Source of the DNA: Polyangiaceae bacterium
GTDB taxonomy: Bacteria > Myxococcota_A > Polyangia > Polyangiales > Polyangiaceae
Direction: 5' to 3'
Length of the DNA: 64,000 nt
Assembly: GCA_965222375.1 (NCBI GenBank)
Contig: CBDCTZ010000016.1
Location: 416,001 to 480,000 of the forward strand
Part shown: positions 37,797 to 47,602 of the stretch, piece by piece
Layout of the letters: each line of letters starts with the position of its first letter
How positions within the stretch are numbered: the first letter of the stretch is position 1
The notes under the pieces: model-generated
What the model saw: the letters and a program-made list of their open reading frames with translations, nothing else
Database searches by the model: none
Told to the model about the DNA's origin: nothing
Program-made: the position numbers and the translations under genes

Positions 37797-38597
37797 TTAG
37801 ACACAAAACCCACCGACACAGGTTCGGCCGTTCGGGCACGGGTAGCCCGGCGCGCAGCTGCGGCTGCAGAAGCACATCGCACCACTCATGGTGTTGCTGC
37901 CGCAGGTCCGCTGGTCGCCGAAGTCCGGATTGCACGAGCCGTTATCGTCGTAGACCGCGTGGCACTTGCCGCCTCCGCCAGCGCAAATAGCGGTGCAGGT
38001 TTGGCCCGGGTCGCCGTCATTGGGATCGTTGTCGATGAAGATCCAGCAATCGTCTTGGTTGACAGAGCAAACCTGCAGCACGCCCACCTGGCCGCCATAC
38101 AAGGTGCTGCAGGAGGGTGGCGGGCCGGTGGTTCCACCGGTGCCGCCCGTCGACCCGCCGGTGCCCCCGGTCGACCCGCCGGTGCCCCCGGTCGACCCGC
38201 CGGTGCCCCCGGTCGACCCGCCGGTGCCCCCGGTCGACCCGCCGGTGCCCCCCGTTGCGCCCCCAGTGCCGCCGGTTGTTCCTCCAAAGCCCCCGGCGGT
38301 GCCCCCAGCGCCTCCCGTCGTTCCCCCGGCGCCGCCGGTCGCTCCCCCGGACCCTGCGCTGCCTCCCGCGCCTGCAGTTCCCGAGCTGGCGGCGACTCCC
38401 GCGACGCCTCCGCTGCCCGCAGTGAGGCCCATGCCCCCGCTGCCGCCACTTGTCACGACTCCGGCGCTTCCGCCTGCCTGGGCGCCCGCCGAGCCTCCGG
38501 GCTGGGCGGAGCCTCCTCCACCTTCTTCATCCAGACCGCACGCAACGAGCAGCAGCATGCTCGCTGACGTGACGAGAGCGGTCGAGAATCGGGCCAA
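37797..38597 (-). CDS. Gly-tethered Cys-rich lipoprotein
   Basis: Lipobox LVAC, long GGTGGST linker and Cys-rich C-terminus. Confidence 0.8.
   Translation of the reverse strand: MARFSTALVTSASMLLLVACGLDEEGGGGSAQPGGSAGAQAGGSAGVVTSGGSGGMGLTAGSGGVAGVAASSGTAGAGGSAGSGGATGGAGGTTGGAGGTAGGFGGTTGGTGGATGGTGGSTGGTGGSTGGTGGSTGGTGGSTGGTGGSTGGTGGTTGPPPSCSTLYGGQVGVLQVCSVNQDDCWIFIDNDPNDGDPGQTCTAICAGGGGKCHAVYDDNGSCNPDFGDQRTCGSNTMSGAMCFCSRSCAPGYPCPNGRTCVGGFCV
38149..38252. repeat. Perfect 21-nt coding tandem repeat, about 5 units
   Basis: GTCGACCCGCCGGTGCCCCCG four times plus 20 nt of a fifth unit. Confidence 0.95.
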
Positions 38598-38638
38598 GGT
38601 AACTTACTGTATCACGGTGTGGTGCTAACCTGCGCCCG

Positions 38639-39953
38639 ATGGATAGATCTCGGCTTCGACTGCGCTTTCTGATTGCGGTGGGGCCCGGCGCTGCGGCCTG
38701 CGCCTTTTTCCGGCTGCGCCCGCAACGAACCGGCGCGCACGGCGCACTCGCCTGCCCAACCACAACCAGTACATGTCCCACCGAGCAGTCCATCGAACCC
38801 ACAGTTCACTACACCTCCCGGGCAACCGACTGGGAGCCCCGTTGCCGCGACGGTGGATCCGCCGCCGCCGCATCTTCCGCCGAGGCCTCCAGGTCAGCCT
38901 GCCGCGCCGCCAGCGCCGCCAAGTGCGTGGCAAGTGAGCTACCCGCTGCAAGGCGGCCCCTCCTGGTGCTCCCAAGGCACCGTGCGCTGTCAGCCCGCCC
39001 GCGACACGCCTCCGAATGGTGCGAACCTGCAGGGGTGTCCATCGGGTATCCAGGTGGCTTGTGGCTGCACACCTAGTTCCGCCTGCATGGATCCGAATGC
39101 CGCGTGCAACGCGCCGCTGCATGCCGGAATGACGCAGCAAGAGCGTCGTCGAGATCGCACCGCATGCTGCTACGACTTGCCCCGCCATTGCTTGCCCCCC
39201 AATGCTGGAAGGGCGTTGCGGGTTGATGGGGAGCTCGCCTTTGCTGGCTCCGAGCCCCGCGCAGACTGGGACGGTGGAGATCCTCCCGCAAAGGCGGATG
39301 ACGTCATCAACGCCGACCCCGAAGCTGCGGGTCTGCCCCGCGTGGAGCATCTCGATGCAGCGCAGCGCGAGCAACGCGCCGAGCAGTGGTGCAAGATGGC
39401 TGCTTTCGAGCACGCATCCGTGGCGTCCTTCGGACGGGTCTCACTCCAACTGTTGGCACTGGGTGCGCCTCCGGAGTTGCTCGAGCAAACCCACGAGGCC
39501 GCTCTCGACGAGATCCGCCACGCTCGCTTGGCCTACTCTCTGTCTTCGGCCTTTTCCGCGCGCGCCGAAGGGCCCGGTAAGCTGCCGGCGGCGGTGATCA
39601 AGCTGCCTGAGACGGACATCGTCAGCTTTGCCAAAGAAACGTTCTTGGACGCCTGCGTCGAGGAGACGGTTGGCGCGGTCGCCGCCCGCAGCGCGGCCGC
39701 GACCGAGTCTGATCCCGTCGTGCGCAGCGTGCTCTTGCGCATCGCCGAGGACGAGGAGCGCCATGCGGAGCTCGCGTGGCGAACCTTGGCCTGGGCCGTT
39801 GGCGTCGGGGGTCAGCCCGTACTTGCCGCCCTGGGCCAAACCCTGGATCAGCTCGAAAAAGGCGCCCCCACAGACGAAACACGAGCCCAGGTGCTCGAAC
39901 TTCTCGTCCAGCCCTGCGCCCGCGCTCTGCTGGAAAACCCGCGCGAAGCGTGA
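38639..39953 (+). pseudogene. Ferritin-like domain lipoprotein with a +1 frameshift in the signal peptide (may be a sequencing error)
   Basis: EHASVASF, DEIRHA, CVEET and DEERHAELAW motifs. MDRSRLRLRFLIAVGPGAAACAF joins SGCARNE if T5 at 38705-38709 is read as T4. Confidence 0.75.
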
Positions 39954-40000
39954 CGTGCTGGGATTGACGCGACGATCGCGCTCACGAATCCGTCGCATCG

Positions 40001-40198
40001 ATGCCACTCGTCTCTAGCGGCAGGTGGCTGCGCACTGGGAACGGCGCGTCCATCACCCTCAATACCGTACTAGCCGTTGCGAGTGACGGTGCGCGCGGCA
40101 TGGACGCGTTCGTCGCGCGCCATACGGCCGCTGGCGCACACGCGGTGAGCATCATGTTCAACCCTGGAGCGACCGGAAGCGTGAACATCATCGGCTGA
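40001..40198 (+). other. Short ORF, possible beta-propeller (SBBP-like) gene fragment
   Basis: DAFVARHTAAGAH resembles the DAFVAK-x-D-x-x-G blade motif; otherwise unsupported. Confidence 0.25.
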
Positions 40199-40215
40199 AT
40201 ACGGATCCAGCCGCC

Positions 40216-40743
40216 CTAGCGACGCGACCCCAAACCATCCACGGCGTACAGCACACATGGATAGTCTTCAAAGTCGATCTTCTTGACGAAGTGCATGCCG
40301 CTCTTCGTCGCAACACGAATGGAAGCCGCGTTCTCGGGGTCGATGATCGCGACGAGCCTCGAGAAATCGAAGCTGCGGAATCCATGATCTCGAATGGCGC
40401 AGACGGCCTCGGTGCCAAGCCCTTGGCCCCAGACCTTTCGAGACAGCATGTACGCGATCTCGACTTCGTCTTTCCCTTCGATGACCTGCGGCAATAGGCC
40501 ACAGCGTCCAATGAATCGGCCGTCGGCCCTTCGTGTCACCGCCCATAGGTGGTAACCGAGGCGCTCGTAGTACTCTTGGCTGGCGCGGATCTGTTGCGCT
40601 GCTTGTAGTCGCGTCCGTGTGCTTTCGAAGTAGTGCATCACCTCCTGATCCGCATACAGCGCCGCCAAGTCGCCGAGGTCGCTGTCGCAGAGCTCGCGAA
40701 AGCCGAGTCGGGCGCTTTCGAAGATGGTGCGCGGCGTCGGCAT
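40216..40743 (-). CDS. GNAT N-acetyltransferase (RimJ/RimL type)
   Basis: FIGRCGL, EIAY, WGQGLGTEA and NAASIRVATKSGM motifs. Confidence 0.92.
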   Translation of the reverse strand: MPTPRTIFESARLGFRELCDSDLGDLAALYADQEVMHYFESTRTRLQAAQQIRASQEYYERLGYHLWAVTRRADGRFIGRCGLLPQVIEGKDEVEIAYMLSRKVWGQGLGTEAVCAIRDHGFRSFDFSRLVAIIDPENAASIRVATKSGMHFVKKIDFEDYPCVLYAVDGLGSRR

Positions 40744-40748
40744 GATGT

Positions 40749-41195
40749 CTAGCCGTCCATGCGCTCGTCGGTCTTGCCGCGGTGCTTGGGTAGGCCATCG
40801 AGATCTGACAACCAGGCTGCACGCTCTTCGTAGCTGACATGCGCTGATGGTTCGCGGTCCAGGTCGTCGTCGAGGGCGCCGACGGCGACGTACATGCGAT
40901 CGACTTTGGGCTGCTCCGGGTGACCCTCGGCGGTTGCCCGGTACAGGGCGGAACAGCCGCAGGTGCCGCAGAAACCCCACTCGATGCAATCCGACGAGCG
41001 GTACCACGTGATCAGCTCCTCGCCTTGAAGCACGCGGAACCGCTCCTTGGGCACCGACGTCCAGGTTACGAATGCGGCAGCATGGGAGCGGCGGCAGGAT
41101 TCGCAGTGACAATGCGCGCAGAAGTCCGTGGGCGGAGTTAGCGCAAACTGAATGGAACCGCAGAAGCAGCGGCCTCGGATTTCTTGGGTCCCCAT
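40749..41195 (-). CDS. GFA family (CENP-V/GFA) protein
   Basis: GRCFCG, CHCESCRR and FCGTCG motifs. Confidence 0.92.
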   Translation of the reverse strand: MGTQEIRGRCFCGSIQFALTPPTDFCAHCHCESCRRSHAAAFVTWTSVPKERFRVLQGEELITWYRSSDCIEWGFCGTCGCSALYRATAEGHPEQPKVDRMYVAVGALDDDLDREPSAHVSYEERAAWLSDLDGLPKHRGKTDERMDG

Positions 41196-41232
41196 GCCGG
41201 CGGTCTAACCCGACGCACGCACATCGCCAAGC

Positions 41233-42402
41233 TCATGGCAGCGAGAGCACGTTGACCTTCGTGCGCGTCAATACGTAGAGCGTCTTGCCATCGTGGGAAA
41301 ACGCCATTTGCTGGGGCTGATCGTCATTGCTGAGACGCACGGTCTTCTTGGGATCTGCCAAGTCGACCAGGTGGACGAAGCCGTCCGTGCTTCCCACCGC
41401 CGCACGTTTCGAATCCGGAGCTACGGTCAGGGACGCGAGCAATAGATCGTCCGTCTTGCGCTGCTTGCCAACGAATGGAACGACGTCCAGCCCGCCGGAG
41501 TAGTGGCCGATGAGCAGCAACTTGCCGTCGGGCGTGAGGGCGTAGTCGGCGAGCGGATTCAGATCTTTCTCGAGCCGCAACCTCTTGCCGTCGGACTGCA
41601 TGACCACGATCGAAGGCGATGGCATGACCCACTCGTGTCCGCCGCCCTTCATGGGGCGTTCGAAGGAAGGCTCCCCACGCTGTTGAATGGCGAGCACGGA
41701 GCCGTCTGCGCTCATCCGCACCCCCTGGGGCTCCTTGACGGGCAGTTCGCGTAGCTTTTCCTTCGATTCCGTATCCCACAGCGTAACGCTTCCGCCCTGA
41801 GCCACGAGCAGCTTGCCGTCGTCACTCAAGGCCAAGCGGTGCTGGCCGTCCGCCTCCTTGCCCAGGCGACCGCGAATACTCAGCGTGGCTTGATCGTAGA
41901 GCCAGATCTCGCGGCCGTGGGCAAAGGCGTGCGTCACCGCGAGCAAGCTGCCGTCCTTGGCGGCCGCCAACGCGCGCACTCCCTTGCCGTTGGTGATCAC
42001 CCTCGAGGCAGCTACGCCTGCACCCAAGGCGTCGGCGCTCGCCTTGGCGTCCGCGCTGTTGATCGCTACCGGAGGCTTGGCGGATTTGGCGTCCTCCGCT
42101 GAAGCGTCCATCTTTGCCGGCGCGACTTCGGATGCGGCCTGCTTGGTCATGGTGCGCACGCCTGACGCGACGATGTGTCGGGACGCCGTTGGTCCCAGGG
42201 GTCGTTTTTCCACGCGACCGTCTGCCATGGCGACGAACACACCGAGCTTCGACACGGCGAGAGCGACGGGCAGCCGCGCTGGGTTGGGCGTCGCCCTCGG
42301 CCTGGCTGTGGGCGGCCCGGTCGGTCGCGGGGGTGGCTTCTTCTTCTTGCTGCAGGCTACGAGCGCGAGCGCGAGGGCAGCAGCGGCGACGAAGCGAAGC
42401 AT
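41233..42402 (-). CDS. WD40-like beta-propeller lipoprotein
   Basis: Lipobox LVAC; repeated (S/T)-x-DG-x-L-L blades and TLWD. Confidence 0.85.
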   Translation of the reverse strand: MLRFVAAAALALALVACSKKKKPPPRPTGPPTARPRATPNPARLPVALAVSKLGVFVAMADGRVEKRPLGPTASRHIVASGVRTMTKQAASEVAPAKMDASAEDAKSAKPPVAINSADAKASADALGAGVAASRVITNGKGVRALAAAKDGSLLAVTHAFAHGREIWLYDQATLSIRGRLGKEADGQHRLALSDDGKLLVAQGGSVTLWDTESKEKLRELPVKEPQGVRMSADGSVLAIQQRGEPSFERPMKGGGHEWVMPSPSIVVMQSDGKRLRLEKDLNPLADYALTPDGKLLLIGHYSGGLDVVPFVGKQRKTDDLLLASLTVAPDSKRAAVGSTDGFVHLVDLADPKKTVRLSNDDQPQQMAFSHDGKTLYVLTRTKVNVLSLP

Positions 42403-42450
42403 GCCTTTAGAATAGGCTCGCAAGCTCCGTTTGGGGATACCCTGGGCGGC

Positions 42451-42963
42451 CTAGTCGCAGTCGGCGCCGTTCTTCTTGCAATCGTCGAAGTTGCAGGTGC
42501 AGCGCACGCTTTCGCCGTTGGGCAAGCGTGTGGACCAGCCCTTGGTCGCGCAGTCACTGAAGGCGCAGCGAGACACGCTGCTCTTGCCGTCCGGATAACG
42601 CGTCGTCCAACCGTACTCCCAGCACTTGCTGAAGTCGCAGCGCGTCACGCTGCTCTTGCCGTCCGGGTGGCGAGTGGTCCAGCCGTACTCGAGGCACTTG
42701 CCGAAGTCGCAACGCGTGACGCTGCTCTTGCCCTTGGGGCCGCGCGTGGTCCAACCGTATTCGCTGCAATCGCTGAAGTCGCATCGGGTCACCAAGCTGT
42801 GCTTGTCGACTCGGGTGGTCCAGCCGTATTCGAGGCAGTTGCCGAAATCGCAACGTCCGGAAGCCAGGGTGCTGGCGATGTACTCGGGCTTCGGTGCCTC
42901 GTCCTTGGCCATCCCGACCGAGGCGGTGAGGGTGACCGATAGCAGTGCCAGCGAGCGCCACAT
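42451..42963 (-). CDS. Secreted protein built of 24-aa RCDFxxCxEYGWTTR repeats
   Basis: Signal peptide; five repeats plus a terminal variant. Confidence 0.8.
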   Translation of the reverse strand: MWRSLALLSVTLTASVGMAKDEAPKPEYIASTLASGRCDFGNCLEYGWTTRVDKHSLVTRCDFSDCSEYGWTTRGPKGKSSVTRCDFGKCLEYGWTTRHPDGKSSVTRCDFSKCWEYGWTTRYPDGKSSVSRCAFSDCATKGWSTRLPNGESVRCTCNFDDCKKNGADCD

Positions 42964-43066
42964 TGCGCTGAAGCATGACACGCGAAGGGAGCTGACGCGA
43001 TTGTTCGTGGATCTGTCGACGATCCCTCGCGTTGCGCCCGAATTCGGCACGGGTCATCCTCTGGAG

Positions 43067-43522
43067 GTGAGAGCCGCCCAGACTCCGATTTTGCGTCGCG
43101 CTCGCGCTGACGACGCGAACGCGCTGGGTTGGCTATCGCGACACAGCTTTGGGGAGTACCACCCGGGTGCCCGGCGTCGAGGCGAGCAGATGGCGACGCA
43201 TCCCGATGTTTTCAGCATCGTGCTCGAGCTGGATGGGGATGTGATTGGCTTTGCGGCGCTCTCGTGGCGGGACGGGGAAGCTTGGCTCGATGCGATCGCG
43301 GTTGCTGCGCCGCATCGAGCACGGGGGTTTGGCGGCGCCTTGCTCCAAAGCGTCGAGAAGGAGGCGCGACGCCGCGGCGCACGTCAACTCGGGCTCGCAA
43401 CCGCGGACTCCAACCTGGCCGCCTTGGACCTATTTCTGCGACGAGGCTTTGGTATCAGCGCGCGCAAGCCGCGCTATTACGATCGCGGGCAGGACGCGGT
43501 GATCATGAAGAAGACGTTGTAG
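43067..43522 (+). CDS. GNAT N-acetyltransferase (RimI-like)
   Basis: IAVAAPHRARGFG, NLAALDLFLRRGF and YY..GQDA..M motifs. Confidence 0.9.
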   Translation: MRAAQTPILRRARADDANALGWLSRHSFGEYHPGARRRGEQMATHPDVFSIVLELDGDVIGFAALSWRDGEAWLDAIAVAAPHRARGFGGALLQSVEKEARRRGARQLGLATADSNLAALDLFLRRGFGISARKPRYYDRGQDAVIMKKTL

Positions 43523-43547
43523 CGAGCGTCGGGCGCGTGCGCGGCTC

Positions 43548-44614
43548 CTAGGCGCAGGCGGGCGCCGAAGCTCCGTAGGGGCCGCCTGGGGTCATGCTGA
43601 CTTTGAGGTTGCGGAAGGACCAGTTCCAAGGCGGCTTGATGGTCGGGTAATCCGGGTGGTTCGTGTTGAACCCCACCAAGAGCGTGAGCCCGCTGCCTTG
43701 AGGGACGATGGAGCTAGTGATCGGGGTCTACAGCGTGACGGGCTGCCCACCCGCGGGCGTCAGCGTCATGCTCGTCTGCAACGCCTTGGCGTCGTAGACG
43801 ATGTTGAAGTGGTACGAAGTGTTGTTCTGTAGCGTGAACGACTTGGTCAGGTAGGCGAATTCAGCCGCCGGGGTTTTTGCGCCATACACGACGTAAATCG
43901 CCTTCTTTCCCGAGTCGTTCTTCGTGCACACGGAGAAGTAGCGCCACGGGTGGGGCCCGCCGTTGGAAGCACCCACATTGCGCAGCTCCAAGAAGCAGTT
44001 GTAAGGCTCCTGGATTTCCGTCACATCGAAGTCGAGGTCCAGCTGGAAGCGCTGGTAGTGCTTCCACTTCTCTTTCGACAAAGTGATGGTCGTCTCGGCA
44101 GGCCCCGACTTCGGTGCGACCCATGGCGAACTATTCCACATCGAGATATTGACAGGACCACTCGCCGGGCACGACTTGGTTACGCCGCCACCTGTGCCAC
44201 CTCCGCCCGGCGCGTTGCCACTGCCGCCGCCGCCCGGCGCGTTGCCGGTTCCGCCCGTGGACGTGCCACCCGAGCCGCCTCCGCCCGGCGCATTGCCGCT
44301 TCCGCCACCCGAGCCGCCTCCGCCCGGCGCGTTGCCCGCGCCCGCGCTTCCTCCACCGGCCGCATTGCCCGCTCCGGCGCTGCCACCGGTTGCAGCGCCG
44401 CCGCTGCCCGCCCTCCCGCCAGGCCGACGCCCGCGGTGTTACCGCTGCCTGCCTTACCTCCGGCGCCCGCCACGCCTGCGGTCCCGCCCGCGGCAGCTCC
44501 GGCGGCGCCTCCGAGCTCGTCCTCCGCATCGCCAATGGTGCCCGCGCAACCCAAGGCCCCCAGGAGCAAAGTGGACATGAAAACACTTCTGGTGACGAGG
44601 ACATGGTGAGACAT
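43548..44614 (-). pseudogene. Gly-tethered lipoprotein, paralogue of 44750-45637, with a frameshift and an in-frame TAG
   Basis: Lipobox ALGC; frameshift near 44410-44425; TAG at 43728-43730, then 59 further sense codons similar to the neighbour's C-terminus. Confidence 0.8.
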
Positions 44615-44749
44615 GCCCTGGACATCAGCAAGACATGGGCCAGCGCGTTCCCTGCGCAAAAGCCACGGGAATTGCTGCACCTCGATGTCGCGCAAACCGT
44701 GGGTTTGCACCGTGGAGTTGCGCTGGGTCTTGCCGGGTGCCGATGGGTC

Positions 44750-45637
44750 TTACGTGAAGGGGTAGCCGTCGCACCATGGCGTGCCCGGATCGAGGGTCAC
44801 GACTAGGTTTCTCACTTTGGCGCCTTCCAGATTCGTGTTGGCGGGCGAGTTCGTGCTTTGTCCGATGTGCAAGATGAGCCCCTGTCCGATTGGATAAATC
44901 GTTGTTCCGGGCTTGTGAGACACTATCGTCTTCGCGCCACCGTCAACGATTTCCAGGTCCGCCGCCTTTGCCGTGGTGTCGTAGGTAATCGATACCTGGT
45001 ACCAGACCTCGGACTTCCAACTGATTGGGTCCGACTGCGTGCCGGGAGCGTGCCCACACATCGTGAGCTGTGCTTGGTTTTGGTTGACCAGCATCCCGAA
45101 GAAGCACCCTGGGTCCTCGGACAGTTCGCTTTTCGGGACACCCAAGTTGCGGAGCTGGATCACGCGCTGAGCCGTCGTCGGGCTCTTAATGCTCGCGGCC
45201 GCAAACTTGAGCTCAAATGTCAGCTCCGCCTTCGTGAAGTGGCCGGCGGCTGGTGGAGTGATCTTGATGTGTCTCTCGAGGTTCTCTTTCGGGAAGGTGT
45301 ACGGAGCGCCAGTGAAGTCCAAGGTCGTCGAATCTATTGATGCCGCTCCTGGCGGCCCCGGGCACTGCTTCCCCGCGTCGCCGCCACTGGACCCGCCGGA
45401 TCCCCCGGCGTCCACGCCGCCATCGGTGCCAGCGGTTCCTCCGCTGGCGCCGCCCGCACTGCCGCCGGTGCCACTCGCTCCGCCGCTGCTCGTCCCGCCT
45501 TGTCCCGCGCTGCCACCCGTTCCGGGCAGTGCTTTGAACTCCGGCGCACTGCAGGCCGAAAGAGACAGCCCTGCGCACGCCGCCACAGCGCACGAGCGAA
45601 TCCAGGCCCGCCGCGGACCGCTCTTCCGACGATGCAT
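44750..45637 (-). CDS. Gly-tethered lipoprotein with beta-sandwich-like domain
   Basis: Lipobox LSAC; WYQVSITYD strand pattern. Confidence 0.75.
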   Translation of the reverse strand: MHRRKSGPRRAWIRSCAVAACAGLSLSACSAPEFKALPGTGGSAGQGGTSSGGASGTGGSAGGASGGTAGTDGGVDAGGSGGSSGGDAGKQCPGPPGAASIDSTTLDFTGAPYTFPKENLERHIKITPPAAGHFTKAELTFELKFAAASIKSPTTAQRVIQLRNLGVPKSELSEDPGCFFGMLVNQNQAQLTMCGHAPGTQSDPISWKSEVWYQVSITYDTTAKAADLEIVDGGAKTIVSHKPGTTIYPIGQGLILHIGQSTNSPANTNLEGAKVRNLVVTLDPGTPWCDGYPFT

Positions 45638-45754
45638 CGGTTCACAATAGCACGGGGTCATCTCACGGCGCAGCCGCGGCGCGACCTTCCCCAAACCCTC
45701 ACGGATGTACACATGCCCTTGCCCTAGCCCCGCAGGTCCTGAAAGCTAGTCGCC

Positions 45755-46699
45755 GTGCTTCGCCCCTTTCAGCCTGTGCCCTACGACGAGCTACCGGAGC
45801 TGCCCAGGCTGCCCCACGCGTTCGACAAGACCCTCGGCATCGACGAGATCGTGTACTCGAAACACTTTGGGCGTCATAGCGTGCACATCCGCGAGATGGG
45901 TGAGGGCCCGCCGTTACTGCTCGTGCACGGCCTGATGACGACTTCCTACTCGTTTCGTTACGTCTTCGAACCCTTTGCCGAGCACTTTCGCGTCTTGGCC
46001 CCAGATCTGCCTGGTTCGGGGCTCACGGACAAGGTGGATGCGGATTACAGCCCACAGCACCTGGCGGAGTGGATCTTCGAACTGGCTGACACCCTCGGCA
46101 TTGTCGGTGCTGCTTGTATTGGCAACAGCATGGGCGGTTACTTGTGTATGCGCGCTGCGCTGGCCCACCCCGAGCTGTTTTCTTGCTTGGTCAACGAGCA
46201 TTCGCCTGGAGTCCCCGAGTTGCGCGTCCGCGCCCTTTCCGCCGTGCTCTCGGTTCCGGGTAGCGAGCGCCTGCTCACGGCTCTAGTTCATCGAGACCCC
46301 CTTCGATGGGCTCACAAGAACGTGCACTACTACGATGAATCCCTGAAATCCCGAGAGGAGGCTCGTGCCTACGGCGAGCCCCTTGCCACTGACGAAGGCG
46401 TGCGGAGCTTCTACCGTCACCTCAAGCAGACCATGTCTCCGCAGGGGCTCCGGAGTTTCGTTGCCGACCTGGAGGCTCGCAAGAAGCGTCGACAGCCATT
46501 TCCAGTTCCGCTGCTCTTGGTCTATGCCAAGCGTGACCCGATGGTGCCCCCGCGCATTGCGCGACGCCTGAACGCCTTGGTGCCGGGTGCACGGCTGGTG
46601 TGGCTAGATGAGGGATCGCACTTCGCGCATATCGACCGCCCCCAACTTTTTCTCGATGCGGTGCGGCCGTTTCTCGAGCATCGAGGCGTGGGCACTTGA
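45755..46699 (+). CDS. Alpha/beta fold hydrolase
   Basis: HGL, PDLPGSG, GNSMGG, D-P-M-V and SHF motifs. Confidence 0.92.
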   Translation: MLRPFQPVPYDELPELPRLPHAFDKTLGIDEIVYSKHFGRHSVHIREMGEGPPLLLVHGLMTTSYSFRYVFEPFAEHFRVLAPDLPGSGLTDKVDADYSPQHLAEWIFELADTLGIVGAACIGNSMGGYLCMRAALAHPELFSCLVNEHSPGVPELRVRALSAVLSVPGSERLLTALVHRDPLRWAHKNVHYYDESLKSREEARAYGEPLATDEGVRSFYRHLKQTMSPQGLRSFVADLEARKKRRQPFPVPLLLVYAKRDPMVPPRIARRLNALVPGARLVWLDEGSHFAHIDRPQLFLDAVRPFLEHRGVGT

Positions 46700-46731
46700 G
46701 CCAAGCGGCCGAGAGGTCTTGATTGCTCGCC

Positions 46732-47268
46732 TCACTGCGCAGCAAAGCTCACGTTGAAGGCCGCGATCTTGTCCTGCTTGGGTCCAAAGCGGCGGGATGG
46801 CGAGTGGATCGCATCGAGCACTCCAGCAAGCTCCCCAAACTCGATGTCGTTCGGGGAATGCAACACCGCAAGGTCGCGCTTGGCATCGTTTTCGGCCTTG
46901 TGCTCCCCGTGGGATTGCCACTCTGCGGCCAAGCGCTTCTCCAGCGCGGCATAGCGCAGGGACCCATCGGCGCGAGATTCGGCTTTGCGCGGAACTTGCG
47001 ACGTAGCCACCACCGTCTCTCCCTGCTTCCATACGAGTTCGAAACTGCGGTCCTTGATCTTCACGTGTAGGCGTTTCTGCGGCTCTGTAGGTGCATCCCC
47101 CTGGCCCGGCACTTGGGCCGTGGCCTCGAGGCGCGCCATTTGCGACCAAACTGCGGTTACCAGCAGGAACGCGACCAAGCAGAGCAGAAAGTCGATGAAG
47201 GGAACCAGGGGGAGTTCACTGTTCACATCCCGCTTCTTGTGTCCGCTGCCGGTATCGATCGTCGCCAT
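46732..47268 (-). CDS. ExbD/TolR family protein
   Basis: ELPLVPFIDFLLCLVAFLL TM with the conserved Asp; GGAGG RBS. Confidence 0.88.
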   Translation of the reverse strand: MATIDTGSGHKKRDVNSELPLVPFIDFLLCLVAFLLVTAVWSQMARLEATAQVPGQGDAPTEPQKRLHVKIKDRSFELVWKQGETVVATSQVPRKAESRADGSLRYAALEKRLAAEWQSHGEHKAENDAKRDLAVLHSPNDIEFGELAGVLDAIHSPSRRFGPKQDKIAAFNVSFAAQ

Positions 47269-47602
47269 GTTCGCACCTCCGAACACTTTGAAAACCGGCG
47301 ACGGGTCGAGCCTTGGGTCCCATTGACTATTTGCGCTGTTGGACCAGCCCCCGGACCCGCGTTGGCAGACTGACCGGGGAGGCGTGGATGTCTTGGGTGG
47401 AAGTTTCGCGTTGCGCTCAGGCAAGTCGCGCCGGAGTTCCACTCGCGAAGCCTGATTTGCATCAGATAGCGTGGTCCGCGGGCCGTCCGGAACAGACGCA
47501 TGAGATTTGTCAGCGCGGCTTTCGGAGCCCCTTTGTCGTGCGCCGTCGGAGCACTACGCTCTGCCTGGCGCTCGGAAGAGTCCGAGAGAATGCGAGGTTG
47601 AG

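Noticed and set aside
42480..42860. 72-nt periodic repeats as a CRISPR or DGR-like array
   Set aside because: The variation is codon-structured inside an ORF with a signal peptide, and there is no reverse transcriptase in the window.
43728..43730. Pyrrolysine or programmed amber readthrough
   Set aside because: The same gene also has a frameshift, TAG is used as a normal stop elsewhere in the window, and no pyl genes are seen.
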